DNA of 64,000 nucleotides from Thermoanaerobaculia bacterium (GCA_038245905.1 JBBRRY010000007.1:63398-127397); one strand, 5' to 3'; counted from the stretch's first letter, positions 20,862-30,357 are shown. Made by a program: numbers and translations. The notes: a model not told the origin generated them from the letters alone.

Positions 20862-20908
20862 GTCAGCGGGCGCGTCGCGCCGCGCTCGATCGCGAAAGGA
20901 CCAGCAAC

Positions 20909-22111
20909 GTGGGATTCGTCTCCGTCACCGAGGCCGCAGCCGCGTACAAGGAAGGCCGCTTCGTCATCATCGTCGACGACGAGGACCGCGAGAACGAAGG
21001 CGACCTTTGCCTCGCCGCCGAGCACGTCACCTCTGCCGGAATCAACTTCATGGCGCGCGAGGGACGCGGGCTCGTCTGCGTCTCGCTCACGGAGGAGCGC
21101 TGCGATGAGCTGGACCTCCACCCGATGGTCGAGCAGAACACGTCTAACTACGGAACGGCTTTCACGGTCTCCGTCGAGGCCCGCGGCAAGACGACGACGG
21201 GAATCTCGGCGGCAGACCGGGCGGCGACGGTGAGAACCCTCGTCGACCCGAAGACGAGGCCGCAAGATCTCCTGCGTCCCGGTCATACGTTTCCCCTGCG
21301 CGCCCGCAAGGGCGGCGTCTTGAAGCGGGCGGGGCAGACCGAGGCCTCGGTCGACCTCGCGCGCATCGCGGGCCTCGCGCCGGCCGCCGTCATCTGCGAG
21401 ATCATGAACGAGGACGGCACGATGGCTCGCGTGCCCGACCTTCTCACGTTCGCGGGAAAGCACGACATCCCGATCGTCTCGGTGGCCGACATCATTCGCC
21501 ACCGAATGCGTACCGAACGCCTCGTGCACCGGATCGCCTCCCCGATGCTGCCGACCGCCCACGGCATGTTCCGCGTCGTCGCGTATCGGTCCGAGGTCAC
21601 GCACGAGGAGCATGTGGCCCTCGTCGCGGGCACATGGACGGAGGACGAGCCCGTCCTCGTGCGCGTGCACTCGTCCTGCCTCACGGGAGACGTCTTCGGC
21701 TCGGAGCGTTGCGACTGCGGCGCGCAGCTCCACCGCGCGATGGATCTCGTCGGGAAGGAAGGCAAGGGTGTCGTCCTTTATCTGCTCCAGGAGGGCCGAG
21801 GGATCGGTCTCGTGAACAAGCTGCGCGCCTACGAGCTGCAGGAGCAGGGTCTCGACACGGTGGCCGCGAACGAGAAGCTCGGCTTTGCGCCGGACGTACG
21901 GGACTATGGCATCGGCTGCCAGATCCTGCGGGATCTCGGCGTGCGGAAGATCCGCCTCCTCACGAACAACCCGTCGAAGTACGTCGCCATCGACGGGTAC
22001 GGCCTCGAGATCGTCGAACGCGTCCCGCTCGAGATCCCGCCCACGGACGGCACGCGCGACTATCTGGCCACGAAGAAGGCCAAGATGGGGCACCTGCTGA
22101 AGCTCGTCTGA
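20909..22111 (+). CDS. ribBA: Bifunctional 3,4-dihydroxy-2-butanone-4-phosphate synthase / GTP cyclohydrolase II
   Basis: [65 protein letters not shown]; SD AAAGGA before GTG. Confidence 0.97.
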   Translation: MGFVSVTEAAAAYKEGRFVIIVDDEDRENEGDLCLAAEHVTSAGINFMAREGRGLVCVSLTEERCDELDLHPMVEQNTSNYGTAFTVSVEARGKTTTGISAADRAATVRTLVDPKTRPQDLLRPGHTFPLRARKGGVLKRAGQTEASVDLARIAGLAPAAVICEIMNEDGTMARVPDLLTFAGKHDIPIVSVADIIRHRMRTERLVHRIASPMLPTAHGMFRVVAYRSEVTHEEHVALVAGTWTEDEPVLVRVHSSCLTGDVFGSERCDCGAQLHRAMDLVGKEGKGVVLYLLQEGRGIGLVNKLRAYELQEQGLDTVAANEKLGFAPDVRDYGIGCQILRDLGVRKIRLLTNNPSKYVAIDGYGLEIVERVPLEIPPTDGTRDYLATKKAKMGHLLKLV

Positions 22112-22273
22112 GCTCGTTCCACCGTTCGCGCGGGCGGATTGGCGTTTCCAGACGGTCGATTGGCGCGGAGTGGCCAGACTACGCCCTTGAACCGTTGGGA
22201 AAGCGCTCCTACATTGGTCGCCATCGCGCCAGTCACCAATCAGAAACGTGAACGTCATCGAAAGGACGAACCA

Positions 22274-23233
22274 ATGCGCCACAGCCGCTTGTTCCTTGAC
22301 GCCTTCCTCCTCGGGGCGCTCGCCGCGCCACTCGCCGCTCGGGCCCAGCTTCCCGACCTCGTCGTGACGTCGTTCACGGTCACGCCGAGGAGCGTCGCGC
22401 CCGGCGGATCCATCGAGATCGTCTCGGAGATCCGCAACGCCGGCACGGCGCCGGTGCCCGCCCGCGGACCGGCGGCGGCCTCGACGGCCGTCGAGATCCG
22501 CCTCATGAGGGCCGAGACCGACGCCGGCGGCGACCTTCTTGGCGGCTGGGGACCGATTCGCGCCATTCCGGTCGGGGTGAGCGAGCGGTACACGAACCAC
22601 GGGACCATCCCCGCGGGGAAGGCGCCCGGACACTACTTCGCCTGCGCGACCGTCGACGCCGGGCACATCGTTCCCGAGAGCAACGAGTCGAACAACCGCG
22701 TCTGCCTGCCGTTGACGGTGACGGGCGGCGGCCCCGTCCCGGCGATCCCGGGCGGGGATGCCGGTACCATCAGACCCGCCGGGCCCTCGGTCGTCCCGGC
22801 CGGTACGGTCCGCCTCCCGGACCTCGTCGTCACCGGTGTCTCGGTCGGTGCGGTCAGCGGCCTCAGCCGTGCCGCGCAGGTCACGGTGAGAAACATCGGC
22901 GCGGCTCCCGCCACGAACTTCCGTATGGACGCGTACCAGCTCCAGCCGAAGCGCTGGCAGCTCCTCTTCACGGTATGCGCGCAGACGACTCGCGGTGGCT
23001 CGGCGTCGTGCGGAGCCGTCTGGGAGACGGGGAGCCTCGCAGCCGGCGCGACCCGTACGTACCCGGGATGGGTGACGTTCCCGTTGGATCACAAACCCGG
23101 GACCACCGAGAAGGTGGAGTTCATGGCGGACGGCTGCTTCCCGGCGCTCGAGCCGGCGCTCCCCGCCGCGTGCCGCGTCGCCGAATCGAACGAGGCGAAC
23201 AACACAGCGGGCGCGGCCATGGGCGTGCCCTGA
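22274..23233 (+). CDS. Secreted protein with two CARDB (Ig-like) domains
   Basis: Signal peptide ending ARA-Q; two repeats LPDLVVT...N.G...ESNE.NN. Confidence 0.75.
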   Translation: MRHSRLFLDAFLLGALAAPLAARAQLPDLVVTSFTVTPRSVAPGGSIEIVSEIRNAGTAPVPARGPAAASTAVEIRLMRAETDAGGDLLGGWGPIRAIPVGVSERYTNHGTIPAGKAPGHYFACATVDAGHIVPESNESNNRVCLPLTVTGGGPVPAIPGGDAGTIRPAGPSVVPAGTVRLPDLVVTGVSVGAVSGLSRAAQVTVRNIGAAPATNFRMDAYQLQPKRWQLLFTVCAQTTRGGSASCGAVWETGSLAAGATRTYPGWVTFPLDHKPGTTEKVEFMADGCFPALEPALPAACRVAESNEANNTAGAAMGVP

Positions 23234-23260
23234 ACGCGTGGACGAGGGACCGGAGACCGG

Positions 23261-23277
23261 GGGATTTCTTAGAAGGT
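23261..23277 (-). repeat. Representative copy of the dispersed motif ACCTTCNAAGAAATCCC (about 12 copies/variants in window)
   Basis: Reverse complement ACCTTCTAAGAAATCCC; near-identical copies at 9629-9646(+), 23854-23870(+), 29314-29330(+), 35540-35556(-). Confidence 0.7.
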
Positions 23278-23300
23278 AATTGGGCGGGTGCCCGCGGTCG

Positions 23301-23996
23301 TCAGTCGCGGTAGCGCTTGGCCAGCTGGTCCGGCGCCTCGCCCCTCTTGACCCTTCTCAGAATCTCCCAGTTCTTCAGAACAGTTTTCATGACGCCCCTT
23401 TCGAGGTAGCGCCGCGGCGAGGTCTCGACCGGGAGGGGAAGGAGCGCGATGCGCCCTTCGGCGCGGAGTCGCCGCGCAAGGTCCCAGTCCTCGAGAAGCG
23501 GCCACGGGCGGTGGCCGCCGAGGCACTCGTAGACGTCGCGCCGAACGAAAGGGGCCTGGTCGCCATAGGGCATGCGCGTGAACCGGTTGCGGAGGTTCGC
23601 CCAGCCCGCGACCCACGACATCCGCCAGCCCCCGCCGGAGAAACCGAGCCGGAATGCGCCGCCGGCGGCGCCGGCGGCAATCGCCGTGCGAACCGCCGAG
23701 TCCCAGCCAGGCGGGAGGACCGTGTCCGAATGCAGGAAAAGAAGAACGGAAGATTCTTCGAAGGGTAAGAGGGCGGCCGCCTCGCCGAGGCGCTGGCCGC
23801 GCGTTACCGGTGACAGGTGAAGACGAGCGCCTGCCTGCACGAAGGCCTCTTTCACATTCGAAGAAATCCCCAAATCCCCTGCCACGACCAGCGAAACGGG
23901 TGACTCGGCGCCCGTGACCCTTTCGAAGAAGATCTTCGACGGGGCGGCTTCGGCGACCCCTACAGGCACGATGACGCCGATCGAGAGGGAGCCCAA
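23301..23996 (-). CDS. Family 2 glycosyltransferase (TIGR04283-like)
   Basis: LLFLHSDT, GGAFRLGF, PYGDQAPFVRR, GG...PLLED, TSPRRY; N-terminal half divergent. Confidence 0.8.
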   Translation of the reverse strand: MGSLSIGVIVPVGVAEAAPSKIFFERVTGAESPVSLVVAGDLGISSNVKEAFVQAGARLHLSPVTRGQRLGEAAALLPFEESSVLLFLHSDTVLPPGWDSAVRTAIAAGAAGGAFRLGFSGGGWRMSWVAGWANLRNRFTRMPYGDQAPFVRRDVYECLGGHRPWPLLEDWDLARRLRAEGRIALLPLPVETSPRRYLERGVMKTVLKNWEILRRVKRGEAPDQLAKRYRD

Positions 23997-24013
23997 GAAT
24001 CTATGATGTCACG

Positions 24014-24646
24014 GTGGCGTACGGTTTCGTCCTGGTCGGCGGTCGGTCTTTGCGTATGGGCCGCGACAAGACCTGCCTCCCGTACAGAGGAAGACCGATG
24101 GCGCTTCACCAGGCTGAAAAGCTCACCGTCGTCTGCGGGAGGGTCGCCCTCGTCGGGAAGGATCCGGCGGCGTTCGCCGGCGCGTCCGTTCCGTACGTAA
24201 TCGACGGGTCCTCCGAGCCCGCGGCCGCGTTTGGCGTCGCCGCGGCGCTCGCCTTCTCGCCCGAGGAGACGAATCTCATCCTGGCGGCGGACGTGCCGCG
24301 CTGCCCCGAGGCTTTTCTGGCGGCCCTCCTCGAGGTGGCCGAGGCGATCCACGCGCCTGCCGTCGTCCCGGTCTCGGGTGGGCGGCCGCAGCCCTTGTGC
24401 GCGGTTTGGCGGCGCTCCGCGCTCGCGCTCCTCCGCACGCGGCTCGACGCGGGTGATTATTCTCTCGTGGCGACCCTTCACGCGCTCCACGCCGTGCTCA
24501 TCCCCGAAGAGGCGACGGCCGCAATGCCGGGCGGCGCCCCCCCGAATTTTTTCAACGTCAACACTCCGGAGGAATATGAAGCGCTCGAACGTGAAAACAG
24601 GCCGGACGACCGCGCCAGCGCGGCGCCTCAGCCATCTCGACGCTGA
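24014..24646 (+). CDS. mobA: Molybdenum cofactor guanylyltransferase
   Basis: LVGGRSLRMGRDK, LAADVP, QPLCAVW, FFNVNTPEE; first gene of Moco cluster. Confidence 0.88.
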   Translation: MAYGFVLVGGRSLRMGRDKTCLPYRGRPMALHQAEKLTVVCGRVALVGKDPAAFAGASVPYVIDGSSEPAAAFGVAAALAFSPEETNLILAADVPRCPEAFLAALLEVAEAIHAPAVVPVSGGRPQPLCAVWRRSALALLRTRLDAGDYSLVATLHALHAVLIPEEATAAMPGGAPPNFFNVNTPEEYEALERENRPDDRASAAPQPSRR

Positions 24647-25103
24647 GGGCCGGGCCCGCATGGTGGACGTCTCCGGGAAGCGGGCCACGCTTCGTACGGC
24701 GCGAGCCCGCGCCATCGTCGTGCTGGGAAGGGTCGCCTTTGGCACTCTCGACGCCGCGACGAACCGGAAAGGCGACGCGCTGGCCGTGGCGCGGCTCGCC
24801 GGGATCCAGGCGGCGAAGCGGACGGCCGAGTGGATTCCGCTCTGCCATCCGCTGACGTTCGACTCGGTGGCCGTTCACCTCACGCCGCGTGTCGCCCGGC
24901 TGGCCGTCGAAATCACGGCGGAGGTCAAGGGGACGGGAAAGACCGGGTACGAAATGGAGGCTCTCGTTGCCGCCACGGCGGCGGCGCTCGCCCTGTATGA
25001 CATGTGCAAGGCGGCGGACAAGGGCATCGAGATCCGGGAGATCACGCTTCTCGAAAAAACCGGTGGCAAGAGCGGGAGCTGGCGCCGGAACAAGGCCCGT
25101 TGA
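24576..25103 (+). CDS. moaC: Cyclic pyranopterin monophosphate synthase
   Basis: LSHLD...RMVDVSGK, KGDALAVARLAGIQAAKRT, IPLCHP, TGYEMEAL, YDMCKA, KTGGKSG; exact start (24576 or 24591) uncertain. Confidence 0.95.
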   Translation: MKRSNVKTGRTTAPARRLSHLDAEGRARMVDVSGKRATLRTARARAIVVLGRVAFGTLDAATNRKGDALAVARLAGIQAAKRTAEWIPLCHPLTFDSVAVHLTPRVARLAVEITAEVKGTGKTGYEMEALVAATAAALALYDMCKAADKGIEIREITLLEKTGGKSGSWRRNKAR

Positions 25104-25129
25104 GCTAGACTCGATCGCAAGGAAACGGT

Positions 25130-26143
25130 ATGGGACAGGCACTCATCGACGGGCACGGACGCCGGATCACCTACGTGCGGATTTCGGTGACGGACCGCTG
25201 CAATCTCCGCTGCATCTACTGCATGCCCGAGGACCAGAAGTTCCGCCCGATGCCCCACCTCCTGTCGCGCGAAGAGATCCGGCGCTCCGCGCGCCTCCTC
25301 GCTGATTTTGGGGTCGAGAAGATCCGCATCACGGGCGGAGAGCCGACGACGCGTCCGGACCTCGTCGGGATCGTGAGCGACCTTGCCGCGATCGGCTTTC
25401 CGGGCGGCATCGCGCTCTCGACGAACGGCGTCCTCTTTCCCAGGATGGCGCACGACCTCCTCGCCGCGGGTCTCACGAAGGTCAACGTCTCTCTGGACGC
25501 CGCGGAAGCCGAGCACTTTCGGAAGATGACCCGGCGAGACCACTTCCAGCCGGTGCTCGACTCGATCGCTCTCGCGCTTTCACTTCCGTTTGACTCCGTG
25601 AAGATCAACGCCGTCGTCATCCGTGGACTCAACGACGACCAGATCCTTCCGCTCGCGGCGATGACGAAAGACAAAAAGCTCGGCGTGCGGTTCATCGAGT
25701 TCATGCCGTTCGGCGACAACGACTGGAAGGACTCCGACTGGGTGGGCTGGGCGGAGGTCTGGGATCGCCTGGTCGCCGCCGGCTACGAGCTGACTCCGAT
25801 CGAGAAGACTCTCGTGGCGGGACCCGCCGACGAGTATTCCGTCACGTCGCCCGCCGGTGTACACACGGGAACGCTCGGTTTCATCACGCCGGTCTCGGAT
25901 CGGTTTTGCGATACGTGCAACCGCATGCGGCTCACGCAGGACGGTTTCCTCAAAGGCTGCCTCTTCGGCCACGCGGACGTCGACCTTTTGAAGCCAATGC
26001 GCGCCGGAGCGTCCGACGAGGACCTGCGCGCCCTCGTGGCGCGCGCGGCGGCGATCAAGGAAGAGCGGCATCCCATGTTCGTCGGGATGAACAAGTCGAC
26101 CCTGCCGCTGCATGCGCGCAACATGAGCGAGATCGGCGGCTGA
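25130..26143 (+). CDS. moaA: GTP 3',8-cyclase (radical SAM)
   Basis: RISVTDRCNLRCIYCMP, TGGEP, RFIEFMP, FCDTCNRMR..CLF, C-terminal MSEIGG. Confidence 0.97.
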   Translation: MGQALIDGHGRRITYVRISVTDRCNLRCIYCMPEDQKFRPMPHLLSREEIRRSARLLADFGVEKIRITGGEPTTRPDLVGIVSDLAAIGFPGGIALSTNGVLFPRMAHDLLAAGLTKVNVSLDAAEAEHFRKMTRRDHFQPVLDSIALALSLPFDSVKINAVVIRGLNDDQILPLAAMTKDKKLGVRFIEFMPFGDNDWKDSDWVGWAEVWDRLVAAGYELTPIEKTLVAGPADEYSVTSPAGVHTGTLGFITPVSDRFCDTCNRMRLTQDGFLKGCLFGHADVDLLKPMRAGASDEDLRALVARAAAIKEERHPMFVGMNKSTLPLHARNMSEIGG

Positions 26144-26149
26144 TTTCCG

Positions 26150-26662
26150 GTGCGCGTCGCGATCCTGACGATCTCGGATCGCTCGTATCATGGCGAGCGC
26201 GCCGACAAGGGAGGACCGGCCGTCGCGGACGCCGTGTCCCGGCTCCTGGCCGGCGCCGTCGTCGTGGAACAGACGATTCTCCCCGACGAACGTGACGACA
26301 TCGCCTGGAACCTCAAACGGCTCGCGGACACGGGGGCGGCAGATCTCGTCCTCACGACGGGGGGGACGGGACTCTCCCCGCGAGACGTCACGCCGCAGGC
26401 GACTCTCGACGTTCTCGACTACCAGGTACCGGGCCTGGCGGAAATCATGCGGGAGACGACGCGTACATCCGTCCCCACCGCAATTCTGTCGCGCCAGGTC
26501 GCGGCCGTGTGCGGTCGCACCCTCATCGTGAACCTCCCGGGCTCGCCCCGTGGCGCCGTGGAGTGTCTCGAGGCGGTGGCCTCCGTCCTCGGCCACGCAG
26601 TCGCCACTCTTCGCGGTGAGTCGGGCGACGATCATCCCGGTCTACGCGGGGAGCGCCGTTGA
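26150..26662 (+). CDS. mog: Molybdopterin adenylyltransferase (Mog/MoaB family)
   Basis: LTISDR, DKGGP, TTGGTGLSPRDVTPQAT, AILSR, NLPGSP. Confidence 0.92.
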   Translation: MRVAILTISDRSYHGERADKGGPAVADAVSRLLAGAVVVEQTILPDERDDIAWNLKRLADTGAADLVLTTGGTGLSPRDVTPQATLDVLDYQVPGLAEIMRETTRTSVPTAILSRQVAAVCGRTLIVNLPGSPRGAVECLEAVASVLGHAVATLRGESGDDHPGLRGERR

Positions 26663-26681
26663 ACCCTACAATCCGTCTCGC

Positions 26682-27575
26682 GTGAACCGGCGGCTCTTTC
26701 TCGCTGTTCTTGTCGGGCTCTCCGCGCCGTTTCGGGCAGCGGCAGCGGCACGCACGCGCCGGATCCTGCGGCTGAAGAACGGCACGGTCGAAGAGGTTCC
26801 GCTCGAGGACTACGTGGCGGCCGTCCTGCCGCCGGAGATCGGCCGGGCGCCCGCGGCGGCGCTCGAGGCGCAGGCGGTCGCGGCGCGCTCGTACGCGCTC
26901 GCGCGCGCCGAGCGCCATCTGGAGGACGGAGCGGACTTGTGCGACGGGACCCATTGCCAGGTCTTTCGCGGACTCGCCGCGGCCACTCAGGATTCGCGGC
27001 GCGCGGCGGCCGCCACCAAAGGCCTCGTTCTCACGCAGAATGGCAGGGTCATCGCGGCCCCGTTCCATGCGGTCTGCGGCGGACGAACGACACGTCCCCG
27101 CGACGTCTGGGACGACGAGGAGATTCCCGAGCTCGCCTCGGTCGAGGACGACGCGTGTCTCGGGGTGCCTGGCTCCACCTGGTCTTTCACGATTCCTCGA
27201 GCCGCTCTCCCGTCGCTTACGAGCTCGCTCGGTTTCCCGGAGGCACGCCTTCTGGAAGTGTACGGTCACGACGCGAGCGGGCGCGTGTCGATGGTGCGCT
27301 TCGTGGCGCCCGGCGGCCAATCGCACGTGGCGCGCGGCTTCGAATTTCGCAAGGCCGCCTCGGAGATCTGGGGATGGGCCTCGGTGCGCTCGACGGATTT
27401 CACGGTCGAGGAAACGAGGCCCGCCTACGTGCTGTCCGGACGAGGTACGGGGCACGGCGCCGGGATGTGCCAGGCCGGGGCGATCGTACGGGCGAGAAGG
27501 GGTGAGAGCCGGGACGCGATACTCGGCCTTTACTATCGAGGCGCTGTCGTGACCCTCGTCGGCCCCCGTGAGTAG
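26682..27575 (+). CDS. SpoIID/LytB domain lytic transglycosylase-like protein
   Basis: Signal NRRLFL; LEDYVAAVLPPE, ALEAQAVAARSYA, DLCDGTHCQV, GHGAGMCQ, ILGLYY. Confidence 0.9.
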   Translation: MNRRLFLAVLVGLSAPFRAAAAARTRRILRLKNGTVEEVPLEDYVAAVLPPEIGRAPAAALEAQAVAARSYALARAERHLEDGADLCDGTHCQVFRGLAAATQDSRRAAAATKGLVLTQNGRVIAAPFHAVCGGRTTRPRDVWDDEEIPELASVEDDACLGVPGSTWSFTIPRAALPSLTSSLGFPEARLLEVYGHDASGRVSMVRFVAPGGQSHVARGFEFRKAASEIWGWASVRSTDFTVEETRPAYVLSGRGTGHGAGMCQAGAIVRARRGESRDAILGLYYRGAVVTLVGPRE

Positions 27576-27618
27576 AGGTTCCACCCCTGCAGCGGTGGCT
27601 GCCGCTAGACTCCGGCGG

Positions 27619-29403
27619 GTGAGCGTTTCCCCTACGGCCGCCGGCCTCGACGTGCTTCTGTCGGAGGGCGGGAGGACGGCAGAGGTTCTTCGCGGGAAGA
27701 AGCTCGGCCTCCTCGCGAATGCGGCCTCGGCGACCGCCGGCTTTGATTCCGCCGCCCGCGCGCTTCTCTGCGCGGGATACGACGTGCGCGTTCTCTTCGG
27801 CCCCGAGCACGGGTTCTGGGGGGCGGCCCAGGACATGGAGGCCGTCGCGTCCGGAGAGCCTTCGCGCATTCCGGTCGTGTCTCTCTACGGCTCCACGCTC
27901 GAGGATCTCTCCCCGAGGCCCGAGCACCTCGCCGGTCTCGAAGCCGTCGTCTCGGACCTGCCCGACGTCGGCAGCCGCTATTACACCTTCGTCTGGACGA
28001 CGGCGTTGATGATGAAGGCCTGTGCGGCGCGCGGAATCCCCGTCTTCGTCCTCGACCGGCCGAACCCGCTCGGCGGGGAGATCGTCGAGGGGAACCTGCC
28101 CGAGGAAGAGCTCCTTTCCTTCGTCGGCCTCTACCCGGTGCCGGCTCGCCATGGGATGACACCGGGGGAGGTCGCGTGGTTCGTGAATGCCGAGTACGGG
28201 CTGGGTTGCGACCTCACGGTCGTGCCGATGAAACGCGACGGGCGGGCCGCGTCGCGGACGGAGCTCGCGGACACGGGTGCCTGGGTGCTGCCCTCCCCGA
28301 ACATGCCGACGCCGGAAACCGCGGCGGTCTATCCCGGAGGCTGCCTCGTCGAGGGGACGAATCTCTCCGAAGGCCGGGGCACGACGCGGCCCTTCGAACT
28401 CCTCGGCGCGCCATGGCTCGACGCCGACGAGGCGGCCGACGCCGGGAACGGCCTCAGCTTGCCCGGCGTCAACTTTCGCCCTCACGTTTTCAGGCCCACG
28501 TTTCAGAAGCACGCGGGGAAAACCTGCGGCGGCGTGCAGGTACACGTAACGGAGAGAGCGACGTTCCGTCCGTACGAGACGTATCTCCGGCTCCTGAAGG
28601 CGCTCCGCGACCTGGACCCGGAACGCTTCCGCTGGCGGACGGAGAAATACGAGTACCGCGACGACGTTCCGGCGATCGACCTCCTTGCGGGCACGGCGAC
28701 GTACCGCAAGCTCGTGGACGAGGGCGCGAGTCTGGACTCCTGGATCGCGTCGTTCCGCGAAGACCAGAAGCACTTCGAAGCGCGACGCGGCCCTCACCTG
28801 CTCTATCCCACTCGAAGAAATTCTCCTTCGGTTCTTCTCGTCACGGGTGCGCACGAGTCGGGCAAGACGACGGTCGCGGTGCAGCTCATCGAGGCGCTCG
28901 CGAAGGAAGGCCTGAGAGTCGGATCGCTCAAGCACACGGACCACGAATACGAGACGGACATGGAGGGCAAGGACTCGCAGCGCCACAAGGCGGCGGGCGC
29001 GGAGCCGTCGGTGCTGGTGGCGGGACGGCGCAGTGCGGTGCACAGAGGACCGCGAGAGATTCTTGCTTCGGACCCGATCGCGGGCGCGGCCGGAGCAAAC
29101 GCCCGGCCTGCTCTATCCGTTTTCTTAGAAGGGGAATATGGCCTTGGAGAGTGCGACGTCGTCCTGGTCGAAGGGTTCCGGAGCGAGCCATATCCGAAGA
29201 TCGAGGTGTGCCGCGCGGCCACGGGCCGCGCGCCTCTCTGCGAAAACGACCCGAACGTCCTCGCCGTCGTCACGGACCGGTCCACGCAGCACGCCTCATC
29301 CGTTCCCCGATTCACCTTCAAAGAAATCCCTTCCCTCGTTCTCTTTCTAAAGAAGTCCCCCGTCTTCTCTTCTCTCTTTTCTTCTCTCTTCGGAGCACCA
29401 TGA
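27619..29403 (+). CDS. Fusion of DUF1343/NamZ exo-beta-N-acetylmuramidase and MobB (molybdopterin-guanine dinucleotide biosynthesis P-loop protein)
   Basis: NamZ motifs LFGPEHG, SLYG, DVGSRYYTF, LDRPNP, RHGMT, PSPNMPT, EGTNLSEGRGTTRPFE ending HLLY; then MobB motifs GAHESGKTT, LKHTDH, GKDS.RH, LVEGFR, PKIEV in the same frame. Confidence 0.88.
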   Translation: MSVSPTAAGLDVLLSEGGRTAEVLRGKKLGLLANAASATAGFDSAARALLCAGYDVRVLFGPEHGFWGAAQDMEAVASGEPSRIPVVSLYGSTLEDLSPRPEHLAGLEAVVSDLPDVGSRYYTFVWTTALMMKACAARGIPVFVLDRPNPLGGEIVEGNLPEEELLSFVGLYPVPARHGMTPGEVAWFVNAEYGLGCDLTVVPMKRDGRAASRTELADTGAWVLPSPNMPTPETAAVYPGGCLVEGTNLSEGRGTTRPFELLGAPWLDADEAADAGNGLSLPGVNFRPHVFRPTFQKHAGKTCGGVQVHVTERATFRPYETYLRLLKALRDLDPERFRWRTEKYEYRDDVPAIDLLAGTATYRKLVDEGASLDSWIASFREDQKHFEARRGPHLLYPTRRNSPSVLLVTGAHESGKTTVAVQLIEALAKEGLRVGSLKHTDHEYETDMEGKDSQRHKAAGAEPSVLVAGRRSAVHRGPREILASDPIAGAAGANARPALSVFLEGEYGLGECDVVLVEGFRSEPYPKIEVCRAATGRAPLCENDPNVLAVVTDRSTQHASSVPRFTFKEIPSLVLFLKKSPVFSSLFSSLFGAP

Positions 29404-30353
29404 AAGCCATCCTCGTTCCGAAACCCGGAGGACCCGAAGCGCTCGTGTGGGGGGATGCGCCCGATCCGGTGCCGGGTCCCGGCGAGGTCGTCGTCCGCGT
29501 GCGCGCGACGGCGGTGAACCGCGCCGACCTTCTGCAGTCGCAGGGGAAGTATCCGCCGCCCCCCGGCGCCTCCGAAATCCTCGGACTCGAGGCGGCGGGC
29601 GAAGTCGAGGGCTCCGGCAATCGCGTCTTCTTCCTCCTCGCCGGTGGTGGCTACGCCCAGAGGGTGGCCGTTCCGCGTTCCATGCTCATGCCGATTCCGG
29701 GCGCCCTCTCGTTCGCGGACGCGGCCGCGATCCCCGAGGCCTGGTTCACCGCATACCTGAACCTGTTTCAGGAGGGCGGCCTGAAGGCGGGAGAGCGCGT
29801 GCTCGTACACGCGGCCGGGTCGGGGGTCGGGACGGCCGCAATTCAGCTCGCGAAGCGGGCGGGAGCCTCCGTCGTCGCGACGGCGCGCAGCGCGACGAAA
29901 TGCCGGGCGCTGGCGGCGCTCGGCGCGGATCTCGCGGTGGACACGTCGCGCGAGGAGTTCCTGAGCCGCATCGAGCAGACCTTCGGAAAGGAATCGATCG
30001 ACCTCGTCCTTGACCCCGTAGGCGGCGCCCTCTTCGCACCGAACCTCAAGTGCCTCCGCCGAGGAGGTCGCATCGTCCTCATCGCGAGCATGGCAGGCCC
30101 GTCCGCCGAGATCGACCTCCGGATGGTTCTTGCCAAGCGTCTCCGGATCATCGGGTCGACGCTGCGAAGCCGGCCGCTCGAGGAGAAGGTGGCCCTGACG
30201 GAGGCCTTCGTGAAGGACGTCCTGCCCGGCTTCTCGGACGGATCGCTCGTTCCGGTCGTGGACCGGACGTTTCCGCTTGCCGAGGCCGCGGACGCCCACC
30301 GCCGCATGGCCGCAAACGAGAACGTCGGGAAGATCGTGCTGGTCGCGGACTGA
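29400..30353 (+). CDS. NAD(P)H-quinone oxidoreductase (PIG3/zeta-crystallin type)
   Basis: VNRADLLQ..GKYPPPPGASEILGLE, AAAIPEAWFTA, HAAGSGVG, IIGSTLRSR, GKIVL. Confidence 0.92.
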   Translation: MKAILVPKPGGPEALVWGDAPDPVPGPGEVVVRVRATAVNRADLLQSQGKYPPPPGASEILGLEAAGEVEGSGNRVFFLLAGGGYAQRVAVPRSMLMPIPGALSFADAAAIPEAWFTAYLNLFQEGGLKAGERVLVHAAGSGVGTAAIQLAKRAGASVVATARSATKCRALAALGADLAVDTSREEFLSRIEQTFGKESIDLVLDPVGGALFAPNLKCLRRGGRIVLIASMAGPSAEIDLRMVLAKRLRIIGSTLRSRPLEEKVALTEAFVKDVLPGFSDGSLVPVVDRTFPLAEAADAHRRMAANENVGKIVLVAD

Positions 30354-30357
30354 CCGC

